Source: Planctomycetota bacterium
Lineage (GTDB): Bacteria; Planctomycetota; SZUA-567; H5-PLA8
Length of the DNA: 17,217 bases
Reading direction: 5' to 3'
NCBI GenBank assembly: GCA_045863855.1
Contig: BTVV01000129.1
Coordinates: 1-17,217 of the forward strand
In this document: in pieces, positions 1-8,804 of the stretch
How the letters are laid out: the number at the start of each line of letters is the position of its first letter
Numbering within the stretch: the stretch's first letter is position 1
Translations under genes and position numbers: made by a program
The notes under the pieces: model-generated
The model's input: only the letters and a program-made list of their open reading frames with translations
Told to the model about the DNA's origin: nothing
Database searches by the model: none

Positions 1-386
1 CTGAAGACAAGGTAAAGGCTGTGGAGGCACTCGTCGAGAAATATGCCGTCGTGGCCATGGCGGGTGATGGTATTAACGATGCGCCGGCCTTAGGACGAGC
101 CAGTGTCGGGATTGCCATGGGTGCCGCTGGCAGCGACGCGGCCATAGAAACGGCAGATATTGCCCTTATGTCCGACGATCTTTCCAAGCTGCCCTGGCTA
201 GTTGGGCATTCACGCAGAACTTTGCGAATAATTCGTCAAAACATTGCAGCCGCTTTGGGAACAAAGGCGGTGTTCGTGCTCCTCACCTTGATTGGCTTAT
301 CCTCGCTCTGGCTGGCCATCGCCGCCGACATGGGCGTTTCGCTATTGGTTGTATTCAATGGGTTGCGACTACTTCAATCTAAGTAA
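1..386 (+). CDS. Heavy-metal translocating P1B-type ATPase (Zn/Cd/Pb, ZntA/CadA-like), C-terminal part; start lies upstream of the window
   Basis: Frame is open from base 3 (EDKVKAVEAL...). Contains the hinge motif GDGINDAPAL, then GIAMGAAGSDAAIETADIAL, IRQN, a Lys in the penultimate TM helix (GTKAVF) and ADMGVSLLVVFNGLRLL, the P1B-2 signature. Confidence 0.93.
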   Translation, partial: EDKVKAVEALVEKYAVVAMAGDGINDAPALGRASVGIAMGAAGSDAAIETADIALMSDDLSKLPWLVGHSRRTLRIIRQNIAAALGTKAVFVLLTLIGLSSLWLAIAADMGVSLLVVFNGLRLLQSK

Positions 387-470
387 ACATGATTCGTCCG
401 TCCTACGCAAAAACTCATCGCATGGCCGAACTGAAAGTGAAGGGGTGTACCGGCTCAAGTGTACCGCGTA

Positions 471-549
471 TGTGTCAAAAATGTTCGCGCGTCGTAAACA
501 GTTGGTGTCGTAGGAGGTTGAACGATTTTCGGGCCGCGCTAGATCGCCC
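471..549 (+). repeat. Direct repeat copy 1 (~80 bp), probable terminal sequence of an rve-integrase element
   Basis: TGTGTCAAAAATGTTCG...TGTCGTAGGAGGTTGAACGATTTTCGGG...AGATCGCCC. Matches 1892-1971 at 68/80 aligned positions, with an identical 28-nt core. Confidence 0.9.
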
Positions 550-693
550 TCGATGAGTCCATAGTAAGGTTGGATGGGCGCGGTTTAAGATGTTGTTTGG
601 TCCGGCCATGCTCTTTGACAATCGCAGAGGCGTGAAGATCTACGCACAGATCGCAGCAAGCGTGCGTATGGGCTATTGCAAGTTCGACGGATG

Positions 694-860
694 CTACGCC
701 GATTCGCGGTAGTAGTGCTTGAACCAGCCGCCCAAGAACTCCCGACATCGAACCTCGCTGGCTTTCGGTGGATCGCCTAGTGGAGAGACGGCCTGCGGCG
801 AGAGCGGTACGTTGCCCAAGCCCTGATGCGGGCTGGTGGCACTGGCTGACGAGTAAGGTA
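694..860 (-). pseudogene. C-terminal remnant of an integrase-core (rve/DDE, IS481-like) transposase
   Basis: Minus strand reads PHQGLGNVPL...EVRCREFLGGWFKHYYRESA*, the typical end of integrase-core-domain proteins (RPHQGLGN...CRERLGGLLKHYYR). The preceding LLVSQ is in another frame and no DDE core can be recognised upstream. Confidence 0.75.
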
Positions 861-1041
861 TCATTGAACGTGTAGCTTTGGGGATTTGGTGCCACGGGAT
901 GCGGACTTTCGCAACCCGTGCGATCACCGGGCTTGAGCAAGAGGCGCGAGTGGGCATGCTAGGCGCGAGCGTGATGCCGTCTGGCACTGGCTGCAAACGG
1001 CCGTAGCGCATTGGCACCCAATCCAAACGGGCGACACGACC

Positions 1042-1635
1042 ATGTTCGGCTGGATGGGCTGCCCGTGCCACCAGCCACGTGGTGGACTGCCGGGAAGCAG
1101 CCTTACGCCTGCCGGCCAGTCTTTCGCTTCACGTTTAACTCTCGGGACAAATCTTCTAGGTGCTGGTGAAAACCTATATGAAGGCAACTACGTCACCGCC
1201 GGATTGTATTTGTTGGGCGCGCGCGGATATGCAAATTTTGTCCCATCAAGCTTTGCGAAGCTTCCCGCACGTGTTCTTGGCAGCACCGACGTAGTCGGAA
1301 TAACTTTGAGTCGAGTTCTACCCAGATTTTATCCACAATTGATTCCATATGTAAAAGCACATGAGGCATTCCATCATGCTCTCTACAATCCGTTGACCAC
1401 TTTTTTCTGGAAGCATTCCAACCTGTACAGGTTCTCGGAGGAGTTACTTGCGAATATTTTTTCAGGGAAATTGACTAGTAATCCCTTTACCTATGTCAAC
1501 GTGAATAGTCTAATTCACGAAGCAGGGCTTACTGGACTCTTGTCTCTGTTGGGGTGGGGAGCTAGTTCCAAAAATAAATCGGAAGTTTTAGGGTATAGAG
1601 GCGGCTCTAAATGCGAATCAAAATATACGCCATAG
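1042..1635 (+). CDS. HExxH zinc-metallopeptidase-like protein, probably an orphan or truncated polymorphic-toxin C-terminal domain; the first ~30 codons are likely not native
   Basis: HEAFH at 1360-1374 followed by EE at 1438-1443. A Gly/Ala/Leu-rich segment precedes it (GAGENLYEGNYVTAGLYLLGARG). AT-rich composition begins near 1130, and a small gene overlaps its 3' end. Confidence 0.55.
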   Translation: MFGWMGCPCHQPRGGLPGSSLTPAGQSFASRLTLGTNLLGAGENLYEGNYVTAGLYLLGARGYANFVPSSFAKLPARVLGSTDVVGITLSRVLPRFYPQLIPYVKAHEAFHHALYNPLTTFFWKHSNLYRFSEELLANIFSGKLTSNPFTYVNVNSLIHEAGLTGLLSLLGWGASSKNKSEVLGYRGGSKCESKYTP

Positions 1636-1880
1636 CCAGGAAGATTTTGCGAATTAAGAAGCTTTTGTCGCCCGATGACGCCAGGGTTCTTGTAAAGCAG
1701 AAATTGATTGAGATGGGAATGCAAAAGCATTGGCAGGAGCCAGTTCTCGTGATTGAGAATTTAGCAACTTACGATGTCTGGATGAACAATGCCGCTCGTG
1801 ACGCCTTATTTGTATCTATATCATTGACTTCGGGTGAAGTACTGGGCATTTATTCTCCTTGGCTGAAAAAGAAAAGATGA
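1611..1880 (+). CDS. Small PepSY-like protein, putative immunity protein or peptidase inhibitor
   Basis: 89 aa, GAGG upstream of the ATG, overlaps the upstream ORF by 25 nt. The pattern SPDDARVLVKQKL...WQEPV...YDVW...VSISLTSGEVLG resembles the PepSY consensus (helix, YeV strand, IDa.TGeVl). Confidence 0.6.
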   Translation: MRIKIYAIARKILRIKKLLSPDDARVLVKQKLIEMGMQKHWQEPVLVIENLATYDVWMNNAARDALFVSISLTSGEVLGIYSPWLKKKR

Positions 1881-1891
1881 ACTCGCTCCGT

Positions 1892-1971
1892 TGTGTCAAA
1901 AAATGTTCGTGTGGCGTAAACAGTCGATGTCGTAGGAGGTTGAACGATTTTCGGGGCAGTTAAGATCGCCC
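1892..1971 (+). repeat. Direct repeat copy 2 (~80 bp)
   Basis: TGTGTCAAAAAATGTTCG...TGTCGTAGGAGGTTGAACGATTTTCGGG...AGATCGCCC; see copy 1 at 471-549. Confidence 0.9.
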
Positions 1972-2155
1972 ACTACGGTGTGTAGCGACCCAACCGACTG
2001 TGAAGGACGAAAAGGAGTACGAGCGATGAATGGAGTGCGGATCGCCAGATTGCAAACGAGTGCCGAAGGTTGCAATTCATTCCGCCAAGGAACCGCCAAA
2101 GAAATTGAAGATGTTTCTGCAACTATTAACAGGGATAGAGCTTAACAATATGTGT

Positions 2156-2208
2156 CCTTCGGCTTCCCAAGCCGAAGGTCGAGGGTTCGAATCCCTTCGC
2201 CCGCTCCA
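2156..2208 (+). tRNA. 3' half of tRNA-Gly (anticodon CCC); incomplete gene, putative island attachment site
   Basis: Anticodon arm TCGGC-TTCCCAA-GCCGA (CCC at 2166-2168), T arm GAGGG-TTCGAAT-CCCTT, acceptor 3' strand CGCCCGC-T-CCA. The complementary 5' strand GCGGGCG and a proper D arm are absent upstream. Confidence 0.88.
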
Positions 2209-2254
2209 AGGCAGGACTGGACTCCCCTCGCCTGCCGCACGGTTTCCGCTCGAC

Positions 2255-2866
2255 TCACACCCAGAAAAATAGGAATCCCAAACAGCCGCGCTTGGCCGCG
2301 GCGGGTTTCGGCACGGCGCGCATCCCGGGGCGCGTCGTGTTCAAATCCGAAGGCAGCAGCGGACTCTTCCCCGTCGGCGCCGGACCGCCCGCGTCGCGCT
2401 GCGTGCGCTGCAGCACCCGCGCGCGTTCGACCTCGTCCAGCGGACCGCGCCCCGGCGTCTTGCCGCGGAAAAACGCCTTCAGCGGCGGAGCCATCTCCTC
2501 CGGCACGTCGCGGTCCCAGGCGGTTCCGTCGAGCATCCCCGCGTGGCGCGCTTTCTCGTCGAGCCGGAAATAGACCGGGACGTTGTCGTACGCGAACGGC
2601 GTCTGCACCAATCGCGCTTCCCACGCCTCATGCTCGGCCCGAATCAGGTACACGCCCCCGAACGCATCGCGCATCAGCGGCACTTCGGCATGCTGAGCGA
2701 TCCGGCGGCACGGCGGGCAGCCGTCCCAATGCACGTACAAAAAGGGGAGCAACCCCCGCTTGCGCGCGCGCGAAACGTGCTCGCGCAGCGCCGCTTCCAA
2801 TTCCGGCGCGGCAGGATCCAGATCGACTTCTACGGTGGCGGCGCCGGCGGATTCGGACTCGGACAC
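2255..2866 (-). CDS. Thioredoxin-fold protein (CPPC) with a C-terminal extension
   Basis: PFLYVHWDGCPPC active-site-like motif and cis-Pro-like VPVYF. GTG start, codon usage like the host. Confidence 0.72.
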   Translation of the reverse strand: MSESESAGAATVEVDLDPAAPELEAALREHVSRARKRGLLPFLYVHWDGCPPCRRIAQHAEVPLMRDAFGGVYLIRAEHEAWEARLVQTPFAYDNVPVYFRLDEKARHAGMLDGTAWDRDVPEEMAPPLKAFFRGKTPGRGPLDEVERARVLQRTQRDAGGPAPTGKSPLLPSDLNTTRPGMRAVPKPAAAKRGCLGFLFFWV

Positions 2867-2924
2867 GGGTGCGGTTCCTCGCGAAGTGATGCCATTCTAG
2901 CATCCACCCGAATTACACCGGTTC

Positions 2925-2966
2925 AAAAAAGGAAGCGGCGGAACGCTTCCGCGTCCCGCCGCTTTT
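2925..2966 (-). terminator. Rho-independent terminator downstream of dnaK (possibly bidirectional)
   Basis: AAGCGGCGG...CCGCCGCTT stem with A6 on the left (U-tract on the minus strand) and T4 on the right, 25 nt past the dnaK stop. Confidence 0.8.
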
Positions 2967-2991
2967 GGGCTTTCGGTTTACGGCCGCCGGC

Positions 2992-4920
<1,929 letters not shown>

Positions 4921-5158
4921 GATGTGCTCCTAACTGGAATGCGAGCTCTAAACTCCGCTCGCAGACGAATTACTGGGAATGGGAAAAGCAAAGGAGAGTC
5001 CAGCCCTGATCCGCTTTGAGCAGTCTTTAAGCTGCGTATTTTCAATGGGTTACGATTCGGCTGCGATCTCGAGGCATCTATAAGGTGGGGATGGCAACCT
5101 AGCTTTCTGACGCAGGCTTGTCAAAACGACAGACAGAAAAGTGCACTTAGTGCGGACG

Positions 5159-5815
5159 CTAGACGCCTCGGGTCGAAGGATGCCAGATGTGCTTGTGCAT
5201 CTGAACTTGGAAGCGCACCGGCGGTGGCAGGCGATCATCGAGCATCCAGCGCGAGAGCGTCTCGTACTCCAGCTTCCCGAAAACTGGGCTGAACAGGATG
5301 GCTTTCACGCGCCGGCCCAGCTCGTGTGAGGCCACCTGCGCTTTGGCCCATTCGTAATCGGCGCGATCGGCGATCACGAACTTCAGCTCATCGCGCTCGG
5401 GCTTCAAATGCTCGAGGTTCGCCCAACGATTGCGCCGCTCCTCGCCGCTTCCGGGGCATTTGAGATCCATAATCGCGTGCACGCGCGGGTCGAGCGGCGC
5501 GAGGTCGTGGCTGCCGGCGGTCTCCAGCAGCACCGTGTACCCGGCATCGGCCAGCGTCGCGAGGAACGAGTAGCACGCCTGTTGGGCGAGCGGTTCGCCG
5601 CCGGTGACTTCGACCGTCCTGCAACCGAACGCGGCCACCTCGGCGAGCACCTCGTCGAAGCTGCGCGCCCGCCCCTCGTGAAACGAGTAGGTCGTATCGC
5701 ACCAGGTACAGCGCAGCGGGCATCCGGTAAGCCGCACGAAGACCATGGGCACACCCGCCCAGGTGCTCTCGCCCTGGATCGAGTGGAAGATTTCGTTGAC
5801 GATCAGTTGCGGCAT
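5159..5815 (-). CDS. queE: 7-carboxy-7-deazaguanine synthase, radical SAM
   Basis: EIFHSIQGE, FVRLTGCPLRCTWCDT (CxxxCxxC), VTGGEPL, LET, QMHKHIW. Confidence 0.93.
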   Translation of the reverse strand: MPQLIVNEIFHSIQGESTWAGVPMVFVRLTGCPLRCTWCDTTYSFHEGRARSFDEVLAEVAAFGCRTVEVTGGEPLAQQACYSFLATLADAGYTVLLETAGSHDLAPLDPRVHAIMDLKCPGSGEERRNRWANLEHLKPERDELKFVIADRADYEWAKAQVASHELGRRVKAILFSPVFGKLEYETLSRWMLDDRLPPPVRFQVQMHKHIWHPSTRGV

Positions 5816-5835
5816 CTATCTGCCCGGCTTTCCGT

Positions 5836-7050
5836 TCAGGTGCGCGGCGGAAACTCGGCCTTTACCTCGGCGTCGAAGCGTTCGATCATCCCACGCAGGC
5901 GCTCCAGCACCTCGGGGTAGTTGTCCTTCAGGTTGTAGCTCTCTTCGGGATCCAGTTCCATATCGAAGAGCTGCGGCATCTCGGCGCGGTCTTTGCCTTC
6001 GAAGCCCTTGGCGATATGCAGCTTCCACTTGCCCACGCGAATCGCGTTGAGCGCGTTGCCCTGGTAATAGTAGAGCGCTTCGCGCTCGGGCAGTTCGCCG
6101 CCGCGCAGCGCCGCGCTCAAATCCTTCCCGTCGGGCGCTTGAGGCTTCACGCCGGCCAGCGCGCAGCAGGTGGGGGTCCAGTCCATCAGGCTCGCGACGC
6201 CGTCGAAGACGCGCCCCGCCGGCACGGTTCCGGGCCATTGCGCCACGCAGGGCATCCGCACGCCGCCTTCGAAAACGTCGAACTTCCGCCCGCGGAACGC
6301 CCCCGCGCCGCCTTCGAACCACGGCCCGTTGTCGCTCGTCACCACCACCAGCGTCTCTTCGGTGAGCTTCAGCTCTTCGAGCTTCTGGAGCAGCCGTCCA
6401 AGGTGGTGGTCGATGCATTCGATGGTGTCGCCGTAAGTCCCCGCGCGCGAACGCCCGCGGAACGCGGGTTCCACATGCAGCGGAATGTGCGGCATCGTAT
6501 GCGCCAAGTACACGCAGAACGGGTGCGCGCGGTTCGCTTCGACGAACGCGATCGCTTCGTCGGTGTACTGCCTGGTCAGCCATTTCTGATCCACGGTTTC
6601 GGAGACGACTTCCTCGTTGCGGTACAGATGCAGCGGCTTCATGTCGTTGCTGTAGAGCAGCCCGAAGAAGCGGTCGAAGCCATGGCGTGTGGGATAGTGC
6701 TCGGGACGGCAGCCCAAGTGCCACTTGCCGCAGGCCAGCGTCGCGTAACCGGCCTGCTTCAGATAGCCGCCCAGCGTGGTCTCGCGATCCGGCAAGCCGT
6801 GCTCGTCCTTGGGGAAGAGCACTTTCGGCAGGCCCATGCGCTGCGCGTAGCGTCCGGTCAAAAGCGCCGCGCGGCTGGGTGTGCAGACCGGCGCGGCGCT
6901 GTACATCTGCGTGAAGCGCACGCCGCGCGCGGCGATCGCGTCCATCACCGGAGTGCGGATCGCGCGCGAACCGTAGCAGCTCATGTCGCCGTAGCCCATA
7001 TCGTCCATGAAGATCACGATCACATTGGGCGGGCGGCGGGATGCGAACAT
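5836..7050 (-). CDS. Formylglycine-dependent sulfatase (arylsulfatase A-like, S1 family)
   Basis: PNVIVIFMDDMGYGD, CTPSRAALLTG (CxPxR), GKWHLG, SDNG, FEGGVRMP. Start placed at ATG 7050 (AAGGA upstream) rather than 7107. No signal peptide evident. Confidence 0.93.
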   Translation of the reverse strand: MFASRRPPNVIVIFMDDMGYGDMSCYGSRAIRTPVMDAIAARGVRFTQMYSAAPVCTPSRAALLTGRYAQRMGLPKVLFPKDEHGLPDRETTLGGYLKQAGYATLACGKWHLGCRPEHYPTRHGFDRFFGLLYSNDMKPLHLYRNEEVVSETVDQKWLTRQYTDEAIAFVEANRAHPFCVYLAHTMPHIPLHVEPAFRGRSRAGTYGDTIECIDHHLGRLLQKLEELKLTEETLVVVTSDNGPWFEGGAGAFRGRKFDVFEGGVRMPCVAQWPGTVPAGRVFDGVASLMDWTPTCCALAGVKPQAPDGKDLSAALRGGELPEREALYYYQGNALNAIRVGKWKLHIAKGFEGKDRAEMPQLFDMELDPEESYNLKDNYPEVLERLRGMIERFDAEVKAEFPPRT

Positions 7051-7105
7051 GGCGGAGCGGTTCCTTTCAGCCGGGTGCGTATCGGTCGAATGCCAAGCGC
7101 CGCGC

Positions 7106-7115
7106 ATGATATACT
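7106..7115. promoter_or_regulatory. Candidate overlapping divergent -10 elements
   Basis: TGATATACT (extended -10, + strand, 7107-7115) and TATCAT (- strand, 7106-7111) in the 111-bp gap between the divergent genes. Motif match only. Confidence 0.3.
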
Positions 7116-7161
7116 GAAGGCCGGTAATGCGCAGGTCCGGCCACCCCGTTCAGGAGTCCCC

Positions 7162-7941
7162 ATGCGCCGCATCGACGGTATCTCTTATGCGCCCGAGCAC
7201 GGCTTTCGCGGCTTGGGCGACCTGTACCTGCCCGCTCAGCCCGAAGGCGCGCCGGCGGCGCTGGTGATCCACGGCGGCGGCTGGAACGCAATGGACAAGA
7301 GCGGCTTGGCGGGGATCGCCGAACTCCTTTGCGAACAAGGCTACGGGGCGTTTAACGTCAACTACCGCCTGCTCGACCAAGCGCCGTGGCCGGCTTGCGG
7401 CGACGACTGCCTGCGCGCGGCGCGCTACCTGCTCGAAGGCGGCCATCCCAGCATGGCGCCGCTGAACCGCTCCAAGATCCTGATCGCCGGCGCGTCGGCG
7501 GGCGGACACCTGGCGCTGATGACGGGCTTGCGCCTCCCGCCTGCTCAGGTCCGCGCGATCGTCTGCATGGCGGGCCCCGCCGATCTGGTGCTCTCGGGCG
7601 AATCGAAAGGACTGCAGCGCTTCGCGAAGTTCCTGGGGGTGCCGAACGAACAGGCCGTGACCGCCGAAGCGTTGCGCGCGGCCTCACCCATCGGCCTCGT
7701 GACGAGCCAAGCCCCGCCGCTGCTGTGCATCCACAGCGTGAACGATCGATTGGTGGTGCCCGAACAATCGCTGCGGATCTCGAAAGCCTGGATCGAAGCG
7801 GGCGTGCCGGCCGAACTCTTCAGCTACCGCGGTCCGGGCGAACAGCACGGCTTCTGGGATCCCGAAACGGCCGACCCGCGCCGCCTGCTGCCCGAACCGG
7901 CGGCGGCGCTCGTCGCATTCGCTCGGCGTATGACTCGTTGA
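7162..7941 (+). CDS. Alpha/beta hydrolase, HSL/BD-FAE-like esterase
   Basis: HGGGW oxyanion motif, NYRL, GASAGGHLA nucleophile elbow, DRLV and HGF catalytic Asp/His. AGGAG RBS before ATG 7162. The upstream part of the 6016 ORF is antisense shadow of the sulfatase. Confidence 0.9.
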   Translation: MRRIDGISYAPEHGFRGLGDLYLPAQPEGAPAALVIHGGGWNAMDKSGLAGIAELLCEQGYGAFNVNYRLLDQAPWPACGDDCLRAARYLLEGGHPSMAPLNRSKILIAGASAGGHLALMTGLRLPPAQVRAIVCMAGPADLVLSGESKGLQRFAKFLGVPNEQAVTAEALRAASPIGLVTSQAPPLLCIHSVNDRLVVPEQSLRISKAWIEAGVPAELFSYRGPGEQHGFWDPETADPRRLLPEPAAALVAFARRMTR

Positions 7942-7982
7942 GCGGCACTCGCGTGCGGCAGGCGGCGCGCTAGGCTTTTCGA

Positions 7983-8708
7983 ATGCCTCAGAAGAACTCC
8001 CAGCGATCCGCGCCGTGGGCCGTCGTCCTGCTCTCCGGCGGCCTCGACAGCGCCACCGCCGCCGCGTGGGCTCAAGCGCGCGGCTTTCGCGTCGCGGCGC
8101 TGACGGTGCGTTACGGGCAGCGCCACGCGGCGGAACTCGCCGCCGCCCGGCGCATCGCACGGAGCCTGAAACTCGAGAAGCACCTGGAGATCGGCGTCGA
8201 ACTCTCGCGCATCGGCGGCTCGGCGCTGACCGACCTGAACCTCAAGGTGCCCAAAAACCGCAGCGCCAAGGCGATCTCGACGGGCATCCCGATTACGTAC
8301 GTGCCGGCTCGGAACACGGTGTTTCTCTCGCTCGCGCTGGGCCTGGCCGAGACCCTTGGCGCGCAGGATCTGGTGCTGGGCGTGAACGTGCTGGATTACA
8401 GCGGCTATCCCGATTGCCGGCCCGAGTTCGTGCGCGCGTTTCGGCGCCTCGCGGATCTGGCCACGAAGGCGGGCGTCGAGAAGACCGCGCGCTTCAGGAT
8501 TCACACCCCGCTGATCCGCAAGACGAAAGCGCAGATCGTGCGGCTGGGTACGCGCTTGGGCGTCGATTACGCGCTGACGACTTCGTGCTACGCGCCGGTC
8601 ACGCGCGGCAAGCGCGTCTTCGCCTGCGGGCGCTGCGATTCGTGCCTCCTGCGGCTCAAAGGTTTCGCCGAAGCCGGCCGGACCGATCCGGTGCCGTACG
8701 GCGCGTAA
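7983..8708 (+). CDS. queC: 7-cyano-7-deazaguanine synthase
   Basis: [36 protein letters not shown]...CGRCDSC zinc site. Confidence 0.97.
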   Translation: MPQKNSQRSAPWAVVLLSGGLDSATAAAWAQARGFRVAALTVRYGQRHAAELAAARRIARSLKLEKHLEIGVELSRIGGSALTDLNLKVPKNRSAKAISTGIPITYVPARNTVFLSLALGLAETLGAQDLVLGVNVLDYSGYPDCRPEFVRAFRRLADLATKAGVEKTARFRIHTPLIRKTKAQIVRLGTRLGVDYALTTSCYAPVTRGKRVFACGRCDSCLLRLKGFAEAGRTDPVPYGA

Positions 8709-8714
8709 CGGATT

Positions 8715-8761
8715 CACCATGGAGGCTTCCGTCGTTCCCGGTGTACTCCATGCCTTCGTGG
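8715..8761. repeat. Short degenerate palindrome, probably related to the 10094-10215 element
   Basis: CACCATGGAGG...CTCCATGCCTTCGTGG; CATGGAG/CTCCATG inverted pair. Confidence 0.4.
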
Positions 8762-8804
8762 CAACGATCTTAAGCCGTTCGGCCCGCACCCTTAAGGAGC
8801 ATCC

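Larger units (their letters stand above)
1..2208. mobile_element. Right end of a genomic island integrated at tRNA-Gly(CCC)
   Basis: Lower GC than the downstream core (23/60 GC in 1321-1380 versus 48/60 in 3061-3120). Cargo is accessory (metal ATPase, integrase remnant, toxin-like pair) and the segment ends exactly at a 3'-half tRNA fragment. Confidence 0.75.

Noticed and set aside
292..940. Short ORFs 292-513 and 539-940 as genes
   Set aside because: They overlap the ATPase end, the repeat and the integrase remnant. No RBS or family motif apart from the frameshifted integrase fragment.
471..1971. CRISPR array or integron attC interpretation of the direct repeats
   Set aside because: Only two copies 1.4 kb apart, no regular spacers or cas genes, and no RYYYAAC...GTTRRRY bottom-strand hairpin.
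2120..2208. Complete or intron-split tRNA using GGATAGAGC (2133-2141) as a D-loop
   Set aside because: No 5' acceptor strand GCGGGCG and no D-stem partner, and the spacing does not fit. Treated as a 3' fragment.
6016..7161. N-terminal 382 codons of the 641-aa ORF as a fusion to the esterase
   Set aside because: It is antisense to the sulfatase. A clear AGGAG RBS and ATG at 7162 define the real start.
7051..7982. preQ1 riboswitch upstream of que genes
   Set aside because: No AGAGGTTCTAG-type stem with an A-rich tail seen in the spacer or directly before queC or queE.
5159..8708. queC/queE as part of a Dpd DNA-modification or QatABCD defence system
   Set aside because: Both proteins look canonical in length and motifs and have host-like GC. 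No dpdA, TatD or ATPase partner is present in the window.
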